DNA of 64,000 nt. Origin: an uncultured delta proteobacterium. GTDB taxonomy: Bacteria; Desulfobacterota; Binatia; UBA9968. This document shows positions 10,840 to 21,127 of this stretch, one piece after another. Below the pieces are notes generated by a model. The model made no database searches. It had not been told where the DNA came from and saw nothing but the letters and a program-made list of their open reading frames with translations. A program made the position numbers and the translations under genes. The first letter of the stretch is position 1, and each line of letters begins with the position of its first letter. Location of the stretch: contig CAVYTU010000017.1 in NCBI GenBank assembly GCA_963771465.1, positions 960,001 through 1,024,000 of the forward strand, written 5' to 3'.

Positions 10840-11331
10840 ATGTTTTCGGACTGGTCATACTCGCAGACTTTTCGCGCTATCGGTCAATCTTTAGAAGAGA
10901 TTGGCGTGCAGGATTTTTCGCTTTCTTGGCGTGACGACAAATTTGTTGTCCGCGGCACTCGGAGTGTGGCCGCCAGGCGTAGCTGGTTCGCAGCGCTATT
11001 TGAAAAGCGTCCCAAAGATGTCAATAAAAAAATTGAACTTCACTATCTTAAGAAAAGTATTTTGTGGCTCCAAATTCGAGGCGAAGGGATGCGCAAACGG
11101 CCGGATCAGACGCCGGACTACTTTCGTTTATCCCAGACGCTGCGCACGGTCGGAGCTTACGTCGATAATATGACTCTTCGATTTCTCGCATTGACGCGCA
11201 GCGGCGGTAATTTCACGCTCGAGTTTCAGCAGAAGGATGGCCTTAAACGGGTTGAGGAACATGGCGTGGGATCGTTTGAGACTTATTTTTTGCACACCTA
11301 TTTGAGCGGGCGAAAAAAATCGCGGAATTAA
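10840..11331 (+). CDS. Hypothetical protein with internal duplication; paralog of 59256-59747
   Basis: Two similar segments, QTFRAIGQSLE and QTLRTVGAYVD, shared with the 59 kb ORF. Confidence 0.75.
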   Translation: MFSDWSYSQTFRAIGQSLEEIGVQDFSLSWRDDKFVVRGTRSVAARRSWFAALFEKRPKDVNKKIELHYLKKSILWLQIRGEGMRKRPDQTPDYFRLSQTLRTVGAYVDNMTLRFLALTRSGGNFTLEFQQKDGLKRVEEHGVGSFETYFLHTYLSGRKKSRN

Positions 11332-11357
11332 TCTGCTACTGACAACTAGCCAAAGGA

Positions 11358-12209
11358 GTGCGCTTGGAAAAAATTGGCATGATCGGCACCGGCGCCATGG
11401 GTTTGGCGCTGTTGGAACGGCTGAAGGTCGCCGGAGTGACTGATGTGGTTTGCCATGACGCCTACCAGCCGGCTTTGGATTCAGCGACGGCTCTGGGATA
11501 TCGCGCCGCTGCCAGTGCCGCCGACGTGGCTACGCAAGCGACGCTGATCGACATCGTCGTGCGCACCGATCAGGACATGCTCGACTGCGCGCTTGGGCTC
11601 AATGGAGTACTTGAATCGGCACAGCCAGGGACACTGTTGCTGCTCCACAGTTCGGTATTGCCGGACACGATGAAAAAAGTTGCAGCAGCGGCGTGCGCCA
11701 AGGGGATTCACGCGGTGGACGCCTGCATGACCGGCGTACCCGACACCGTGCGCGCCGGCAATCTGAGCTTTGTCGTCGGCGGCGAGGACCAAGACGTCGA
11801 GCGCGCCACGCCGCATCTATTGAAAATGAGCAAAGAAGTCTTTCACATGGGACCGATCGGCACCGGCGCTGTGGGGAAGCTGATCAAGAATATGCTCGGC
11901 GGCGCCGAGACGTTGATCGTGCACGAGGCGATTCAGATCGGCATCGCCGGCGGTATTCCCTATCCCAAGGCGTTGGAGATGATGCGGCGCATCGGTCACG
12001 ACAGCGTGCTCAATCGCTGGCAACGTACTTTCGATCCGTCGGGCAACGATCCGCTGCCGCGGTCGGGTCGCAACGTATTGAATAAAGATATTCCGCTGGT
12101 GGCCGAGCTAGCGTGCCTGTTGAATACGGAAACTCCGATCACCCGGCAGTTGGCGGCGGCTGCCGACCGTGTCGTGGCGGCCAATGAGAAGCGTAATAAG
12201 CGGAACTAA
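11358..12209 (+). CDS. NAD(P)-dependent beta-hydroxyacid dehydrogenase (3-hydroxyisobutyrate/6PGD family)
   Basis: GMIGTGAMG Rossmann motif, HMGPIGTG, KLIKN catalytic Lys; AAGGA RBS. Confidence 0.9.
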   Translation: MRLEKIGMIGTGAMGLALLERLKVAGVTDVVCHDAYQPALDSATALGYRAAASAADVATQATLIDIVVRTDQDMLDCALGLNGVLESAQPGTLLLLHSSVLPDTMKKVAAAACAKGIHAVDACMTGVPDTVRAGNLSFVVGGEDQDVERATPHLLKMSKEVFHMGPIGTGAVGKLIKNMLGGAETLIVHEAIQIGIAGGIPYPKALEMMRRIGHDSVLNRWQRTFDPSGNDPLPRSGRNVLNKDIPLVAELACLLNTETPITRQLAAAADRVVAANEKRNKRN

Positions 12210-12231
12210 GACTCAAAGGATAAAAATTCAA

Positions 12232-13284
12232 TTGAAGTGTAGTCTGTTTACCGAGATTCAGGTCCCTATTGGGGCGTCGCCGGCGGCGCGGCTAGAAGAG
12301 TTCATGGAACAGGCGGAGTTGGCCGATCGTCTGGGCTTCCACACTTATTGGGTAGCCGAGATTCATTGCCAGCCGCAGTTTTCCCTGATGTCGGCGCCGT
12401 ATGTTGCGCTAGGCGCCGTGGCGCAGCGCACCAAGCGGCTCCGTTTGGGCGTCGCCGTGAATACCTTGCCCGTGCATCACCCGGTGCAGCTCGCCGAGCA
12501 GGCGGCGATGTTGGATCTAATCAGTGGCGGGCGCATGGAGTTCGCCTGCGGCGGCGGCCATCCGCATAGCCGGGCGTACGAATGTTTCGGCGCCGACCAC
12601 AAAGCGACACACGATGTGATGGCCGAAGCGATGGCCGTCATTCGCAAGGCTTGGACGGATGACAAATTGACTCACGACGGCAAGTTTTTTCAGATCCCCG
12701 GCGTGATCGTCAATCCCAAGCCGGTGCAAAATCCACTGCCGCCGTTCTGGATGGCGACCAGCTCGATGGACGGCGTCGAAGTCGGCGCGCGCTTGGGTGT
12801 GAATCTTTTTTTGCCGATTCATACGCGTACCCCGGATCAGGTTTTCGAGTTTGCCGATGCCTACTGGGCGGGCTTGAAAGCGCACGGCCATGATGCGGTA
12901 ACCAGGGAGTTGGGCCTGTTGATTCCAATGCATGTCGCGAAAACGACCGCCGAGGCGAAAGCACGCTCACAAGCGGGGATCATGAGCTACTTCAAGACGA
13001 TCCTCGATATGCGCTTGGATTACACCGATTGGCTGACGCGGCGCGGCGCGGAGTTGCCAGCGCGCCTGCGCACGGCGGCTGGCGCGATGGTCGGCTTCGA
13101 AACAATTTGCGAGAAGCATGCGGTGATCGGCGATTCGCAATTCGCGATCGATAAAATCAAGGGGCTGGCGAAGAAAACCGGCGCTTCGCAACTGCTCACC
13201 TGGTTCAACATCGGCACGGTGCCGCACGCTGCGGTGACAGAGTCGATGCAACAGTTCGCGAGTGAAGTGATGCCAAAACTTTGA
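12232..13284 (+). CDS. Luciferase-like (LLM) flavin-dependent oxidoreductase
   Basis: AELADRLGF, RTKRLRLG, HPVQLAEQAAMLDLISGGR, PKPVQ; TTG start chosen after AAGGA. Confidence 0.92.
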   Translation: MKCSLFTEIQVPIGASPAARLEEFMEQAELADRLGFHTYWVAEIHCQPQFSLMSAPYVALGAVAQRTKRLRLGVAVNTLPVHHPVQLAEQAAMLDLISGGRMEFACGGGHPHSRAYECFGADHKATHDVMAEAMAVIRKAWTDDKLTHDGKFFQIPGVIVNPKPVQNPLPPFWMATSSMDGVEVGARLGVNLFLPIHTRTPDQVFEFADAYWAGLKAHGHDAVTRELGLLIPMHVAKTTAEAKARSQAGIMSYFKTILDMRLDYTDWLTRRGAELPARLRTAAGAMVGFETICEKHAVIGDSQFAIDKIKGLAKKTGASQLLTWFNIGTVPHAAVTESMQQFASEVMPKL

Positions 13285-13314
13285 TACGGATTGGAATACT
13301 GGAGGGTAAGCGAA

Positions 13315-13662
13315 ATGGAAGAGTTGACCGAACAGAAATGCGTGGCCTGCCGAGTTGGGGCGCCTTCGGTGACGGCTGAGGAGATCAAAGCGTTTCAGCC
13401 GATTGTGCCGGAGTGGCGGATCGTTACCGAAGATAATATTCCCAAGCTCGACCGGTTGTTTAAGTTCAATGATTTCAAGGACGCCATCGCGTTCACCGAC
13501 GCCGTCGGCGCCGCTGCCGAAGAGGAAGGGCACCATCCGCGTCTGACCACGGAGTGGGGTAAAGTCGCCGTCACTTGGTGGACGCATAAAATCAAAAACC
13601 TGCACAAGAACGACTTCATCATGGCGGCCAAGACCGATGCGATTTATCGAAAGGTAGTGTGA
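13315..13662 (+). CDS. Pterin-4-alpha-carbinolamine dehydratase
   Basis: EEGHHP, WWTH, NDFIMAAKTD signature. Confidence 0.93.
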   Translation: MEELTEQKCVACRVGAPSVTAEEIKAFQPIVPEWRIVTEDNIPKLDRLFKFNDFKDAIAFTDAVGAAAEEEGHHPRLTTEWGKVAVTWWTHKIKNLHKNDFIMAAKTDAIYRKVV

Positions 13663-13719
13663 CGAGGGTTGCCGTTTCGTAGTGACGGTGTGAAGGGATA
13701 ATAGCGATTTCGCTCGCGG

Positions 13720-14799
13720 TCATTTTTTACGCGGGTCGTGTAACTTCTCGTCGGGAGCGTGATACATTCCCGTGCGGATGATTTTCACCATGTTGGCTAG
13801 CGCGAGTGCGGCGTTGCTAACCTCGGCGAACAAGTCTTTATCTTTGTCGAGATCGTCGTGACTCGTGGCGTAGGGTTGGTACCAGCCCACCCAAGTATCG
13901 ATCAACGCCGTCGGGCCCGCTGGAATCATCTCCATGTCAGTGAGCCAATCGGTCAGCATGCGCCGCAGATTCTCCGGCCCGGCGGCGTCGCCGTGCGCGA
14001 TGACCGAGAAGGCGCGTCCGGCGAGATGCTTAGGATAACTCCAGCCTTTGAGCTCAAGCTGTTTGGCCATTAGCGGATTTTTTCCTTTTGTCGTCGTTGG
14101 ATCGGGGTTGCCGCCGTCGGCACATACCAGCCTATCGATCATGAGCTTTAGACTCGCCGGCGCATGATACCAATGCACCGGGCAAACGATCATCACGCCA
14201 TGCGCCGCCACCCAGCGCGGATAAATCTCGTTCATCCAGTCGTTGACCTGACCCATTGCGTGATTGGGATAACAGGAACACGGCCAATGGCACAGCGGTT
14301 GCGCCGTTGAAACGCACGCCTTGCACGGAAATATACTCTTGTACGGCTCGTCAGCGAGCGTCGAGATGTCGAGAAAATCCACTTCAAAGCGGCGCAACGA
14401 TTCGATGGTCTTTTGCGCCTGCTGCGCCAAGCGTCGGGTTTTGGAAATTTCTCCCGGGCAAGTGTGCTCGCTGCGGGTTGATCCGCTGACGATCAATATG
14501 CGTGACAGCGACTGGGGATTTTTCTGGCGTTTCTCGGCTGCTTGAATCTTTGCCCGGGTGTCAAGCCATTCGATCGGCAGGGCGAAGTTTGGATCGGCAA
14601 ATCCTTTACCCGCGGGTTTTTTGCGCGGCGATTTCCGGTAGGCGATGTAGCCGTCCCAAGCTTTTTCGAAAACCCTCTCCAGTTCCGGCTTGACTGCGTC
14701 GAAGGCGGGGTCGTAGAAACGCGCGAAAAAACGCTCGCGAAACTGCTCTTCGGTCAAAGGCACATATTTGGTCTGACGGCGCACAGTTGGTTTAGCCAC
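13720..14799 (-). CDS. Flavodoxin-fold / NADPH-dependent FMN reductase family Fe-S flavoprotein
   Basis: SGSTR, CKACVSTAQPLCHWPCSC cluster, PVHWY, LKLMIDR; GGAGG RBS. Confidence 0.88.
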   Translation of the reverse strand: MAKPTVRRQTKYVPLTEEQFRERFFARFYDPAFDAVKPELERVFEKAWDGYIAYRKSPRKKPAGKGFADPNFALPIEWLDTRAKIQAAEKRQKNPQSLSRILIVSGSTRSEHTCPGEISKTRRLAQQAQKTIESLRRFEVDFLDISTLADEPYKSIFPCKACVSTAQPLCHWPCSCYPNHAMGQVNDWMNEIYPRWVAAHGVMIVCPVHWYHAPASLKLMIDRLVCADGGNPDPTTTKGKNPLMAKQLELKGWSYPKHLAGRAFSVIAHGDAAGPENLRRMLTDWLTDMEMIPAGPTALIDTWVGWYQPYATSHDDLDKDKDLFAEVSNAALALANMVKIIRTGMYHAPDEKLHDPRKK

Positions 14800-14905
14800 G
14801 GATGCCTCCGTTAAAGAATCAGATGCCAGAAGTATTTCGATACTTTCACTGCCGAAAGGGATTATCTCTGAATGAATCTGAACCGGTCGAGACGGCTGGC
14901 ATTAA

Positions 14906-16543
14906 CTACAACAACTGATCGACAATCACGTCCGCATTCTTGGCGCCAACTTCAACGGGATTCTTCTTATACTCGCCAGTCAGGTCGCCGGCGCCGCGCG
15001 TGGTCGGATTGCCGTCTTTATCCAAGCGGACGGTGATGTTGATCTTGCCGGTGAACGGCGTGCCTTGCATCATGACGTTTTCTTGGCTGAGGGAGTAAGT
15101 CAACGGGAACGTCGGTTTGTCGATTTTTTTGACCGCCAGGGGCGGGCCGCCGGTGGCGGCTGCGGGTCGCGCGATGATAAAGAGCGCGGCTTGCGGATCG
15201 ATCTTATCTTTCAACTTTGGATCGATAGTAATTGTGCCGGAGATGTTTTGGCCGGACGGCGTCGCCGCCGGCGCTGCGGTGGAAGTTGATTTGGGCGCGC
15301 CGCCCGTGGCTGGGATTTCGGCCAGCACTTTGGCGACTTCGTTTCTTTCTTCTCCCGGAGGCACGAGATTCAGCAGCCTCTCGAATATCTCGCGCGCGCC
15401 GGCGAAATCTTTCTTGTCTTGATAGAGCACCATGCCTTTGCCCCACAGCGCCATGGGAAAATTGGGTGCGCGCGTGAGCGCCTTTTCAAAGGCCATCAAC
15501 GCGCCGTCGCCATGGCCGGCCTGCATGAGAACAAAGCCCATGTAGCTGTGCGCTTCGGGATGGTTCGGGTCAGCGCTTAAGACTTTTTTGAAGGCCTCGA
15601 TGGCCTTGGGAAACTCCTGACGAGAAAAAGCCTGCTTGCCTTCGGCGAGTGCGGCGGCGGCTTCGCCATTGGCCGGAGTCGTGCCGGTCATGAAGTCGCC
15701 GGTCATGGAATCGTTGGCGCCTTGGCGCGGTCGGATCGATTGGGTGAGCATGACGCCTAAGGCTAAGCCGAAGAGCATAAGGAAAACGCCGCCGCTGATC
15801 AGTTGCCAGCGTTTAAAGCGATTGTGTGAAACGGGATCTTTGGGCGATTTATCTTTTGCCGGCTTGTGCTGAGATTTCCGAGCGGGCTCGGCCGGCAGCG
15901 AGTTGAGTTGCCGCAGCACCGTGCCGCCTTTGCTCTCGATCTCGTGTTTCAGCGCCGCGTAGTCGGTTTCAGAAAGCTTTCCCGACTGAAAGTCGAATTC
16001 CAATTCATTCAACTCGTCTTTCACGCGGCCGCGCTCCCGCAGTAACTGCGCGCGGCTGCTGGTGTCTTCAATATCCGGGAGGGCAAAATCTTGGCGCAAT
16101 AATTCGCCCTGAGCCGGCGCTAAGTCGGAGCTTTCAGCCGGTGGCGTCACCGACTGTCTCTTATTTGTCGACCAGCGCCGCACAAACCACAGCGCGGTGA
16201 TCACGCCGATGACCAAAACAACATAGGGCAAGATCCACAAAAGCGCGCTGAAGCCGGTTGTCTTGGGTTTGAGCAAAACCCATTCGCCGTATTTTGATAC
16301 GAAGAACTCTTTAATCTGCTCATCAGTCTTACCGGCTTGAAGCTGTTCGCGCACGATGGCGCGCATTTGCTGGGCCATCTCGGACGGCGAGTCTGCGACT
16401 GAAAGGTTTTGACAGACGACGCAGCGTAGTTCGGTGGCAATCTCGCGGGTACGGTCTTCGAGGTCGGGCGCTGGCGCGGCGTGGAGCGGCGCGTGGAAAA
16501 GGACCAAAAGGACGTATAGGAGAAATAGTTTAAGAGCAGCCAT
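14906..16543 (-). CDS. ccmH: Cytochrome c biogenesis CcmH-CcmI fusion (CcmH redox domain, TPR, C-terminal beta domain)
   Basis: LRCVVCQN, FFVSKYGEWVLLKP, TPR helices, C-terminal ALFIIAR...PPLAVK domain. Confidence 0.9.
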   Translation of the reverse strand: MAALKLFLLYVLLVLFHAPLHAAPAPDLEDRTREIATELRCVVCQNLSVADSPSEMAQQMRAIVREQLQAGKTDEQIKEFFVSKYGEWVLLKPKTTGFSALLWILPYVVLVIGVITALWFVRRWSTNKRQSVTPPAESSDLAPAQGELLRQDFALPDIEDTSSRAQLLRERGRVKDELNELEFDFQSGKLSETDYAALKHEIESKGGTVLRQLNSLPAEPARKSQHKPAKDKSPKDPVSHNRFKRWQLISGGVFLMLFGLALGVMLTQSIRPRQGANDSMTGDFMTGTTPANGEAAAALAEGKQAFSRQEFPKAIEAFKKVLSADPNHPEAHSYMGFVLMQAGHGDGALMAFEKALTRAPNFPMALWGKGMVLYQDKKDFAGAREIFERLLNLVPPGEERNEVAKVLAEIPATGGAPKSTSTAAPAATPSGQNISGTITIDPKLKDKIDPQAALFIIARPAAATGGPPLAVKKIDKPTFPLTYSLSQENVMMQGTPFTGKINITVRLDKDGNPTTRGAGDLTGEYKKNPVEVGAKNADVIVDQLL

Positions 16544-16546
16544 GGT

Positions 16547-17113
16547 TCACCGTACGCCTTGGTAGTCTCCTCGTCCTTCCTGCGCGCTGGCAATGCCTTT
16601 GGCGGCTTCTTCAAGTTTGCTCAAAACTAACGCGGCGCGGATGGCGCCGACGTGTTTGTAAGTGATACGACCTTGAGGGTCGATGAAAAAACTTTCCGGA
16701 ATGCCCCAGGTGCCGTAGTCGACGGCGATCTTGCCGGATTCGTCGCGGCCGTTGGGATAGGTGACGTTGAACTCTTTGAGAAATTCTTTCGACGCCTGAT
16801 CGCTGTCCTGCAAGGCGACACCGAGGAAGATCATGTCCTTGTCTTTTACCTTTTGCCAGGCGGCTTCAAGATCATGCGCCTCGGCGCGGCACGGCGTGCA
16901 CCAGGAGGCCCAGAAATTCAGGAACACCGCTTTACCGCGCAAGTCTGCCAAAGCGATTTTCTTGCCGTCATAGAGCGTCACGGTGAACGATGTCGCGGGT
17001 TTGGCGAGCAAGGGCGAAGTAATGTACTTCGCGTCGCGGGTAAATCCGAAGGCGAGCAACGCCAATATCGGCGCGATGATGAGGAGGGTAATAATTAAAC
17101 GGCGCCAGGACAT
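16547..17113 (-). CDS. ccmG: TlpA/CcmG-type thiol:disulfide oxidoreductase
   Basis: NFWASWCTPC, GIPESFFID, N-terminal TM; position in ccm operon. Confidence 0.88.
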   Translation of the reverse strand: MSWRRLIITLLIIAPILALLAFGFTRDAKYITSPLLAKPATSFTVTLYDGKKIALADLRGKAVFLNFWASWCTPCRAEAHDLEAAWQKVKDKDMIFLGVALQDSDQASKEFLKEFNVTYPNGRDESGKIAVDYGTWGIPESFFIDPQGRITYKHVGAIRAALVLSKLEEAAKGIASAQEGRGDYQGVR

Positions 17114-17143
17114 GAGTTTGTTTCGTTGCGCTCGAAGGCGTTG

Positions 17144-17199
17144 ATGTTGAATGCCAGATTACAAATTGCAAATTTCAGATGACGGATTAGTAATTTCAT
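17144..17199. repeat. Degenerate heptamer tandem tract (8 units starting AT)
   Basis: atgttga/atgccag/attacaa/attgcaa/atttcag/atgacgg/attagta/atttcat. Confidence 0.5.
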
Positions 17200-19164
17200 T
17201 ATTCGGATTCATGCTCGGCGACTTTTCGCATCGGCCAGACGCAGATCAGCGTGCCGAAGATGATCACGAAGCCGCCGATCCACATCCAGATAACCAGCGG
17301 ACGCACCAACACTTTGAGCGTTGCTCGGTTGCGGTCAACTTCGCTGAAGCCGGAGAGAATCAAATAGATGTCTTCACTAAGACTGCTCTGATGCACGGCG
17401 CGGCCGACGGGCGACTCCTGGGTCGGAAAGAATTTCAGCGCGGGCGTGACCACGCCTTCGTCATTGCCATGGTGAAAAACCCGGAAGGCGCCTTCGACGC
17501 GGAAGTGGGTCGGTTGTTGGGAACCTTTGAGACCCTCGAACTGGATGCGGTAGTTGCCGATGATCAAATTATCTTTGACCGCTAAGGTCGCGTCTTTTTC
17601 GCTACTATAGGTCATCGAGCCGGCGATCCCCATCATGATCAAGACGATGCCGAGATGAACGATGAAGCCGCCGTAGCGCCGCTGATTGCGTCGGGTCAGG
17701 GTGACGAGACCGCGCAGGATGCCCTCACCGGCGATGCGCTTGCGCGCGCGCAGAGCGAGCGCCGTGTCGAAAGTGATCGTGCACACCACGAAGGCGAGCA
17801 GCGTAAATCCGAGGAGCGGCAAAAAATCTTTGACTTTCCAGATGAACAGGAACAGGCCGAACCCAAGTGCCGCCGCCGCCGGCCAGAGAAAGTTGCGTTT
17901 CAAGTTGTCCCACGTGGCGCGCCGCCAGGCGATCATCGGACCGACCGCCATGAGAAATACCAAGCATAAAAATAGCGGCACGGTGACGGAGTTGAAATAG
18001 GGCGCGCCGACGCTGACTTGAACGCCGGCGACCGCTTCGGAAATCAGCGGAAAGATCGTGCCGAGGAAAATCGTAAACAGCGCCGATACGAGCACGATGT
18101 TGTTGAGCAAAAACGCCGACTCGCGGCTCACCATGGAGTCGAGCTCGGGTTGTTCCTTCAGCAGGTCGGCGCGGTAGGCGAGCAGACCGAAGGAGCCGAG
18201 CAAGATGAATGCGAGAAAGGCAAGAAAGAACGCCGCCGACAGGCCCGGAGGAAAATGCATGGATCGACGAGATGATACCCGAGCGAGTGAGAAATGTGCC
18301 AAAGATCGTCAGGCTGAAGGCGACGATGATCAGCGACAGATTCCATACCTTAAGCATGCGCCGGCGCTCCTGCACCTGCACGGAATGTAAAAACGCGGTG
18401 GCCGGCAGCCACGGCATGAACGCGGCGTTCTCTACCGGGTCCCAAGCCCAGTAGCCACCCCAGCCAAGCACATGATAGGACCACCAGGCGCCGACGAGAT
18501 TGCCCGCGGTCAGAAAAAACCAGGCGATGATTGTCCAGCGGCGCGTCGTGGTGATCCAGGCTTCGTCGATTTTGCCGACGATTAGCGCCGCCATGGCGAA
18601 CGCAAACGGCACGGTAAGACCGACGAAGCCGGTATAGAGTAGCGGCGGGTGGGTCATCATGTTGGCGTCTTCGAGCAGCGGATTGAGACCGCGGCCGTCG
18701 AGCGGGATGGGCGAAACGATTTCAAAAGGATTGGACAGGAAACCGATGACGCCAAGAAAAAACGCCGAGACGATGGAAAAAATCATCACCACCCAGGGCA
18801 TCATTTCATGGTGGCGATTACGATAGACCCAGGCGACGATGCCGGCGAAGATGATGAGAATCCATTCCCAAAGCAAAAGCGAGCCTTCGAGCGCGCCCCA
18901 AAGTCCGGTGACGCGGTAGTATATCGGCGTGGCGCGGGTGGTGTTGAAAGCGACGTACTTAATCGAGAAATCAGTGGCGACCAGACCATAGATCAGCGCC
19001 ATCGCCGCCACCGTGACCAACGAAAATTGACTGAAGATCGAGTAGCGCGCGACGGCGCGAAAGCGTTCCGCTTCAAAGCGCGCCGCGATCAGCGGACTGG
19101 CGATGCCGGCCAGCGCCGCGACAAAGGCCAACAGGATCGCAGTATGACCGAGAGTTGCGGTCAC
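17199..19164 (-). CDS. ccmF: Heme lyase CcmF, split by a +1 frameshift near 18235 (probable sequence error)
   Basis: HPPLLY, WGGYWAWDPVENA, GTFLTRSG..SIHAF in the first frame; SRES, SVGAPYF, HLG, PLVIWMWIGG in the second. Confidence 0.93.
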
Positions 19165-19604
19165 TTGGCGACGGCTTCCTTGGCGGGAACGAAACTGTTA
19201 TTGGGCGTCTTGCCGTCGGCGTGAGGACTGTAATCTTCGGCGTGTTTGGCCATGATCATGGTTGCTTGAAAGACGCCGTCGCTGCCGACCCGGCCTTCGA
19301 CGACTGCGCCTTTGCCTTCGACGAAAAGGTCCGGCGGCACGCCTTTGAAATAAACCGGAAATGCGGTGTTGCCGTCAGTGAGCTGGAAACGATAGGTGAG
19401 GTTCTGCAAGTCTTTTTGCAGCGAACCTTTGACGACCATGCCGCCCATGCGGACAAACTTGCCTTGCAGCGATTTTTCTTCGGCGCGTAGTTCGGACGGC
19501 ATCTTGAAATAGACCATGGCCTCCTGCAAGCCGCCGTAAATGATGTAGGCCAGCGCGGCGAGAATAATCACTCCGCCGATCAAAAAACGTCTAGATTTTA
19601 TCAT
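19161..19604 (-). CDS. ccmE: Heme chaperone CcmE
   Basis: VRMGGMV, PDLFVEG, AKHAEDY (HxxxY). Confidence 0.95.
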   Translation of the reverse strand: MIKSRRFLIGGVIILAALAYIIYGGLQEAMVYFKMPSELRAEEKSLQGKFVRMGGMVVKGSLQKDLQNLTYRFQLTDGNTAFPVYFKGVPPDLFVEGKGAVVEGRVGSDGVFQATMIMAKHAEDYSPHADGKTPNNSFVPAKEAVAK

Positions 19605-19746
19605 CGCTGCCTATTATCTCCGAAGATCTCAGCCGATCAAGCTCCGCTTCAGCTTGCCGATAGCGGCGCTTCAAGAACAACCAGTACACGACGATGGTGC
19701 CGCAAACAATTCCATAGGCCAATGAAACAAATCCCCAAGCTCCCAT
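19591..19746 (-). CDS. ccmD: Heme exporter protein CcmD (51 aa; absent from ORF track)
   Basis: Own translation MGAWGFVSLAYGIVCGTIVVYWLFLKRRYRQAEAELDRL...; TGATG overlap with ccmC stop; lies between ccmC and ccmE. Confidence 0.8.
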   Translation of the reverse strand: MGAWGFVSLAYGIVCGTIVVYWLFLKRRYRQAEAELDRLRSSEIIGSDDKI

Positions 19747-20442
19747 CAAGCACCTCGCTCCAGACGCAGCGCTTTAATCTCCTGGCGCATCTCGCCGACT
19801 CGATAGCGCAGCGACAGCAGGTAGAAGTAGAGCAGCAAGAAGCCGACGAAACTGATCGTCAGCGCGGTCAACATGGCCGGATGGACATTTTCCCACGGCG
19901 CCTTATCCGGCCGCAGAATCGACGGCGGTTGATGTAAAGTGCGCCACCAATAGACCGACATGTGAATCAGCGGGATGTCGAGAAAACCGATAATGCCGAG
20001 AATCGCCGCGGCTGAAGCGGCGCGATTTTCATCTTCGATCAACGATCGCAGCATCAAATATCCGGCGTAGATGAGCAGCAGGATCGCCGTGAGGGTCAAG
20101 CGCGCATCCCACGTCCACCAGACTCCCCAGGTCGGGTTTGCCCCAGATCGATCCTTCGATAATCGTCAGCGCGGTGAAAAGTACGCCCAGCTCGGCGGCG
20201 GCATGCGCGAGCAGGTCATCGCGCTTTTCGCGTTTCCACAAATACATGCCGCTGCCGATGAAGACTAAGAAATAGGATAGATAGGCAGTCAGGATGCTCG
20301 GCAGATGAAGATACATGATGCGTTGGACTTCGCCCTGATAAGCATCGGGCGGCGCGACGGCCAAGCTCCAGTAAAGCCCAATCGCGACCGCCACCAGTGC
20401 TAGGCCGCCGAGAATGCCTTTACGCTTCTTCGATTGAGTCAT
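19746..20442 (-). CDS. ccmC: Heme exporter CcmC, split by a +1 frameshift near 20135 (probable sequence error)
   Basis: RIMYLHLP, GSIWGKP|TWGVWWTWDARLT (WWD motif across the break), SVYWWRTLHQ. Confidence 0.93.
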
Positions 20443-20449
20443 CTGCCCA

Positions 20450-21127
20450 TCAGCTTTCAATCACCCAGTCGAAGATCAAAACTCCCACGGTTATGAATAT
20501 CACGTCGAAGCCGACCAGCAGCTTCAGCCACGACACCGCCTCGCCGAACTCGCCGTGCCTCAGGACGCTTTCCATACAACGAATGGTGGCGAGGATAACT
20601 GGAATCATCAATGGGAACAATACTAGCGGCAACAGTAACTCGCGCGCTCGGGCGCGCAAGGTGAGCGCTGACATGATCGTGCCGAGAACGCAAAAGCCGA
20701 TGGTGCCAAGTAAAGTAACCAGAAAAAGTTGCGGGAGCAAATTCCAAGCGGATAAATTAAACAAAATCCAAAACAGCGGCATGACGACGAGCTCGACGAG
20801 CAGCATCAGGATCAAGTTGAAACTCGTTTTGGCGAGAAACAGCGCGCCGCGGTCAAGCGGCGAAAGCAGCAGGGCGTCGAGACAATGGTTCTCGCGTTCG
20901 GCTTGAAACAGTTGCGCCAGCCCGAGGGTTCCGGTGAACAAAAACGCCAGCCAAAGCAGCGCCGGCGCCATCTCGGCGATTTTATCCGGCGCCAGATCGA
21001 AGGAAAAGTGAAAGACAAAGAGGAGCAGCGTGCCAAAGAAAAACATCGTCAACAGACTGTCACGCCGGCGCAGCTCCAAGAGCAGGTCCTTGCACAGCAG
21101 TAGATAGGTTTGCTTTAGGAGAGCCAT
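20450..21127 (-). CDS. ccmB: Heme exporter permease CcmB
   Basis: KDLLLELR, ERENHCLDALLL, LLLPLVLFPLMIP; six TM segments. Confidence 0.93.
   Translation of the reverse strand: MALLKQTYLLLCKDLLLELRRRDSLLTMFFFGTLLLFVFHFSFDLAPDKIAEMAPALLWLAFLFTGTLGLAQLFQAERENHCLDALLLSPLDRGALFLAKTSFNLILMLLVELVVMPLFWILFNLSAWNLLPQLFLVTLLGTIGFCVLGTIMSALTLRARARELLLPLVLFPLMIPVILATIRCMESVLRHGEFGEAVSWLKLLVGFDVIFITVGVLIFDWVIES

Noticed and set aside
13315-13662. Pterin dehydratase without an aromatic amino acid hydroxylase
   Set aside because: Orphan PCDs are common and already described.
14906-16543. CcmH-TPR-CcmI fusion as a novelty
   Set aside because: CcmH/CcmI fusions are well known in System I.
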